Shown here piece by piece: positions 61,499-64,000 of a stretch of 64,000 nt of DNA. The position numbers and the translations under genes were made by a program. Positions within the stretch are counted from its first letter, which is position 1. Each line of letters starts with the position of its first letter. Source of the DNA: Nostoc sp. (lineage in GTDB: Bacteria > Cyanobacteriota > Cyanobacteriia > Cyanobacteriales > Nostocaceae); assembly GCA_036918135.1 (NCBI GenBank), contig JBALDB010000038.1, forward strand, positions 1 through 64,000, given 5' to 3'. Under the pieces are notes generated by a model, which ran no database searches, was not told where the DNA came from, and saw only the letters and a list, made by a program, of their open reading frames with translations.

Positions 61499-62032
61499 CT
61501 AGCGCAAGAGAGCGGTTCCATTGAGTGCGAAAGTTTCGTATGATTGAAATTGTCCAAATATTGGTCTTCGGATCAATCCTGATGTTTTTTCGGTAGTGAG
61601 AATTGCCTGAGTTTGGACAGTAGTTTTTTTATCACCAATCGGTAGATTAATAGTGGGTAACAGAAAGCTGAATCTAACTATATTTCCTCCCAGTTCTGGG
61701 TTTGGCTTGCTGAGAATGACCGTAATAAGCGTGCCAATATCAGTGGTTAATGTCTTAATTTCATCGCCACTAAAACGAATGGAAGTATTTTGAGTTCTGT
61801 AATCAAGCTGTGGAATTTCGTTGAGGATAGAATATTTAATCTCAGTACCTTTGCCTTTAAGTTCAAACTCATTCGGTTGTTGCACAACAATTGCTTGTGC
61901 TTTTTTTGTAGATTTGGTCATTAAAAAAGATAACAGTGATGTTGTGGTTAAGCCAGTCACAAAGGTGAGAGCAGTTTTAAGAATTTGACGGCGCTTAGGA
62001 CTGTTCGAGATATCTTCTAATTTAGGTTCCAT
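61499..62032 (-). CDS. Hypothetical protein with a twin-arginine-like signal
   Basis: KRRQILK plus hydrophobic stretch and AQA; beta-rich mature domain. Confidence 0.7.
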   Translation of the reverse strand: MEPKLEDISNSPKRRQILKTALTFVTGLTTTSLLSFLMTKSTKKAQAIVVQQPNEFELKGKGTEIKYSILNEIPQLDYRTQNTSIRFSGDEIKTLTTDIGTLITVILSKPNPELGGNIVRFSFLLPTINLPIGDKKTTVQTQAILTTEKTSGLIRRPIFGQFQSYETFALNGTALLR

Positions 62033-62345
62033 GATTGAGAAATTTCCGAATTTTCTAAATCTTTATATACAATTATCCCAGTAAATTCTAGGACAAAAGT
62101 AACAAATTATTAAACAAGGTTTAACAAGAAGCCAAAGATATTGCTCTGGCATCAAACACGACTTCTCCAGTAGATTCGCGCTCTAAGGTGAATGCCAGGG
62201 GTTAATAGAGCTTCTAAATGCTTAGCGATCGCTTGCTGTTGACTAAAAAAATGCCAGCGAATACCTACGGCTGATGGGCATGGCTTTGAAGCAAATAGCC
62301 ACCGCTATGAACAACTAAGTTTTAACACAGTCGAACTCAAAACCT

Positions 62346-64000
62346 TTACGGGAGTTGACTAGCTGCTAATGCGTTCTGGAGCTGATCGAGCATTCCCGAT
62401 GCCGACCCCGGAAGCGGAGTGAACCACCTTTGATGTTCCACAGCCTCGCTTGGCTGAGCAATGGCCTCGAAGGTGATACCATGCTTAGTGCAAAATGTAT
62501 TGATATTGTTCTGCACATTCGCTCCTACTGACGGTGCTACAGAAATTTTCTCTACGTCCTTACTGATGTCAAGTTCTCCAAATATCTGCACTTCAAAACA
62601 CTGTACGTCTGAACTTACTAGCTTCTGGGTAATTAATGAATTTATGACATGTTTAACTACAACATCCCTTTTAGTCGCTTTCATCCCAGTTTGACTTTGT
62701 GCTGCGTCGTCGCCTAGTAGAAAGTCACAGAAGGCTAAGTAGATGTCTCGCCGTGGCTTGCCGTGATCTGTAGCAGTGTAAACCAACCGCTCGGCGATAT
62801 TTCCCTGTCTGAGTACAAAGTGGGTGTCGCCGTAGGAGTTTTTACCGTACTCAGCTGCATTGTTCCTTCCAAAAAGCCCTTGCGTAGGTTGACTAGTACT
62901 GTGGGCTAACCAGTTCATATTGACGGCAGCAAACGATGGTAGTTCGGTATCGCCCAAGCCCAAATTACCAGTCATTCTTTGATCTTTCCAGTTGCGGAAT
63001 CGACCGTAATTCTTTCCTCTCTCTTGTCCAGTGGTGTCATTATAATCACCCAAATAATTGATAGAATCTAGGTGGCTTAACTGGGAGGATTTTTTTCTTT
63101 TCTTGTTTAAGAGATTATAGTAGTCTGCGGTATTCCTGCGTGACGAACCCGGCTGATAAATTGTGCTGCTTGGGTCGCCTCGATCGAACCATTCAGCTCC
63201 CCTGACTGTAACGGTAATAGGCAGGTCTTGTAGTCCATTTTTGATTTGTGCAACCAAGTTGGTAGCACTATTATCATCAAGCCTGAATAGAGACTTCAGC
63301 TTGGTGATAACTGGGTCATCATTCCAATTAAGCCTTAATTCCTCTTCCTGTTGCTCAATTTCATTCAAATGAGCGCTTTGCTTACTAGTAAGTTTCTGCT
63401 CCTCACCCCCTTGTCGGCTCCAAGTGCGTGTATTGGGATCGTAGTCACGAAGATTGGTTCTGATGACAGCAGCCTCTAGAGCGTCCAACTTCTGAGTGGC
63501 ATCAGCTGTAAAATTAAGCGTATTGCGATCGCCGCTTGGTGGCTGAACCCACTGAGCGATACCGCCAGGGAAAAGCTTTTCGAGATAAGCTACCGATATC
63601 TCACCTGTGGCCTCCTTGACACTGAAATTTCCTGCTATATTTCCGGTGTCCTGTCGATTTTTTACATCATCTTTCTGGTAGGTAGCCATCTCGATTTCAA
63701 AGCGCTGACGTAGTAAATCTAAGAAATCGTTAGGCTGCTTGCCAACAGAACGTGCCATCATTCGCACTCGTATAGCAGCCGCATCAAGGCGCAATTCGTT
63801 GTGCATGTAGAGGCTAACTGGGTCGTCAGCAGTTAAAGCTGTAGCTAGTTTGAGTACATCTTGCTGACGATCCATTTTCTTGAGTTTGGACTCGATCTCG
63901 CTTCGGTATAGCTCCATCAGCTTCATAGTCAGCTCAGGGGTGAGGGCGGGGTCGTTGAGTTCGTTGACAGCAATTACTCTGGCTACCCCTTCCAACACAA
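62346..64000 (-). CDS. 5'-truncated protein with C-terminal DUF3626-like domain
   Basis: Frame open to the window edge; PSFAAVN, YGDTHFVL, RLVYTATD, FEVQIFGELDISKDV motif series. Confidence 0.65.
   Translation of the reverse strand, partial: VLEGVARVIAVNELNDPALTPELTMKLMELYRSEIESKLKKMDRQQDVLKLATALTADDPVSLYMHNELRLDAAAIRVRMMARSVGKQPNDFLDLLRQRFEIEMATYQKDDVKNRQDTGNIAGNFSVKEATGEISVAYLEKLFPGGIAQWVQPPSGDRNTLNFTADATQKLDALEAAVIRTNLRDYDPNTRTWSRQGGEEQKLTSKQSAHLNEIEQQEEELRLNWNDDPVITKLKSLFRLDDNSATNLVAQIKNGLQDLPITVTVRGAEWFDRGDPSSTIYQPGSSRRNTADYYNLLNKKRKKSSQLSHLDSINYLGDYNDTTGQERGKNYGRFRNWKDQRMTGNLGLGDTELPSFAAVNMNWLAHSTSQPTQGLFGRNNAAEYGKNSYGDTHFVLRQGNIAERLVYTATDHGKPRRDIYLAFCDFLLGDDAAQSQTGMKATKRDVVVKHVINSLITQKLVSSDVQCFEVQIFGELDISKDVEKISVAPSVGANVQNNINTFCTKHGITFEAIAQPSEAVEHQRWFTPLPGSASGMLDQLQNALAASQLP

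Overview
This window is from a heterocystous (Nostoc-like) cyanobacterial chromosome, judged from dense HIP1 GCGATCGC octamers, heptameric STRR tracts and SDR-type mini-repeats. In order it carries: hicAB; a cobalamin riboswitch-cobW-mntH-ABC ATPase block; a DJ-1/PfpI gene; a clpC paralogue; gcvTHP; an orphan Lhr-like helicase; an AraC plus TonB-dependent receptor pair; small stress genes; a photolyase-family gene head-to-head with a PD-(D/E)XK-like gene; hspA; two hybrid histidine kinases; a PGM1-like ATP-grasp enzyme; an SDR oxidoreductase; mgtE; a PA14x3-Calx-beta-sugar dehydrogenase protein; a disulfide oxidoreductase; a TIR-TM-WD40x16-TPR protein; DeoR and transketolase; a K+ channel; and, cut by the right edge, a DUF3626-like putative toxin. 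The best candidate for an undescribed system is the NTPase-less, Toll-like-receptor-shaped TIR protein, whose homogenised WD40 repeats vary mainly at a few fixed positions. A HIP1-bounded variable-copy 21-bp repeat cassette lies directly upstream of it. I saw no rRNA, tRNA, CRISPR array, transposase or reverse transcriptase. All family calls come from recalled motifs; no database searches were run.
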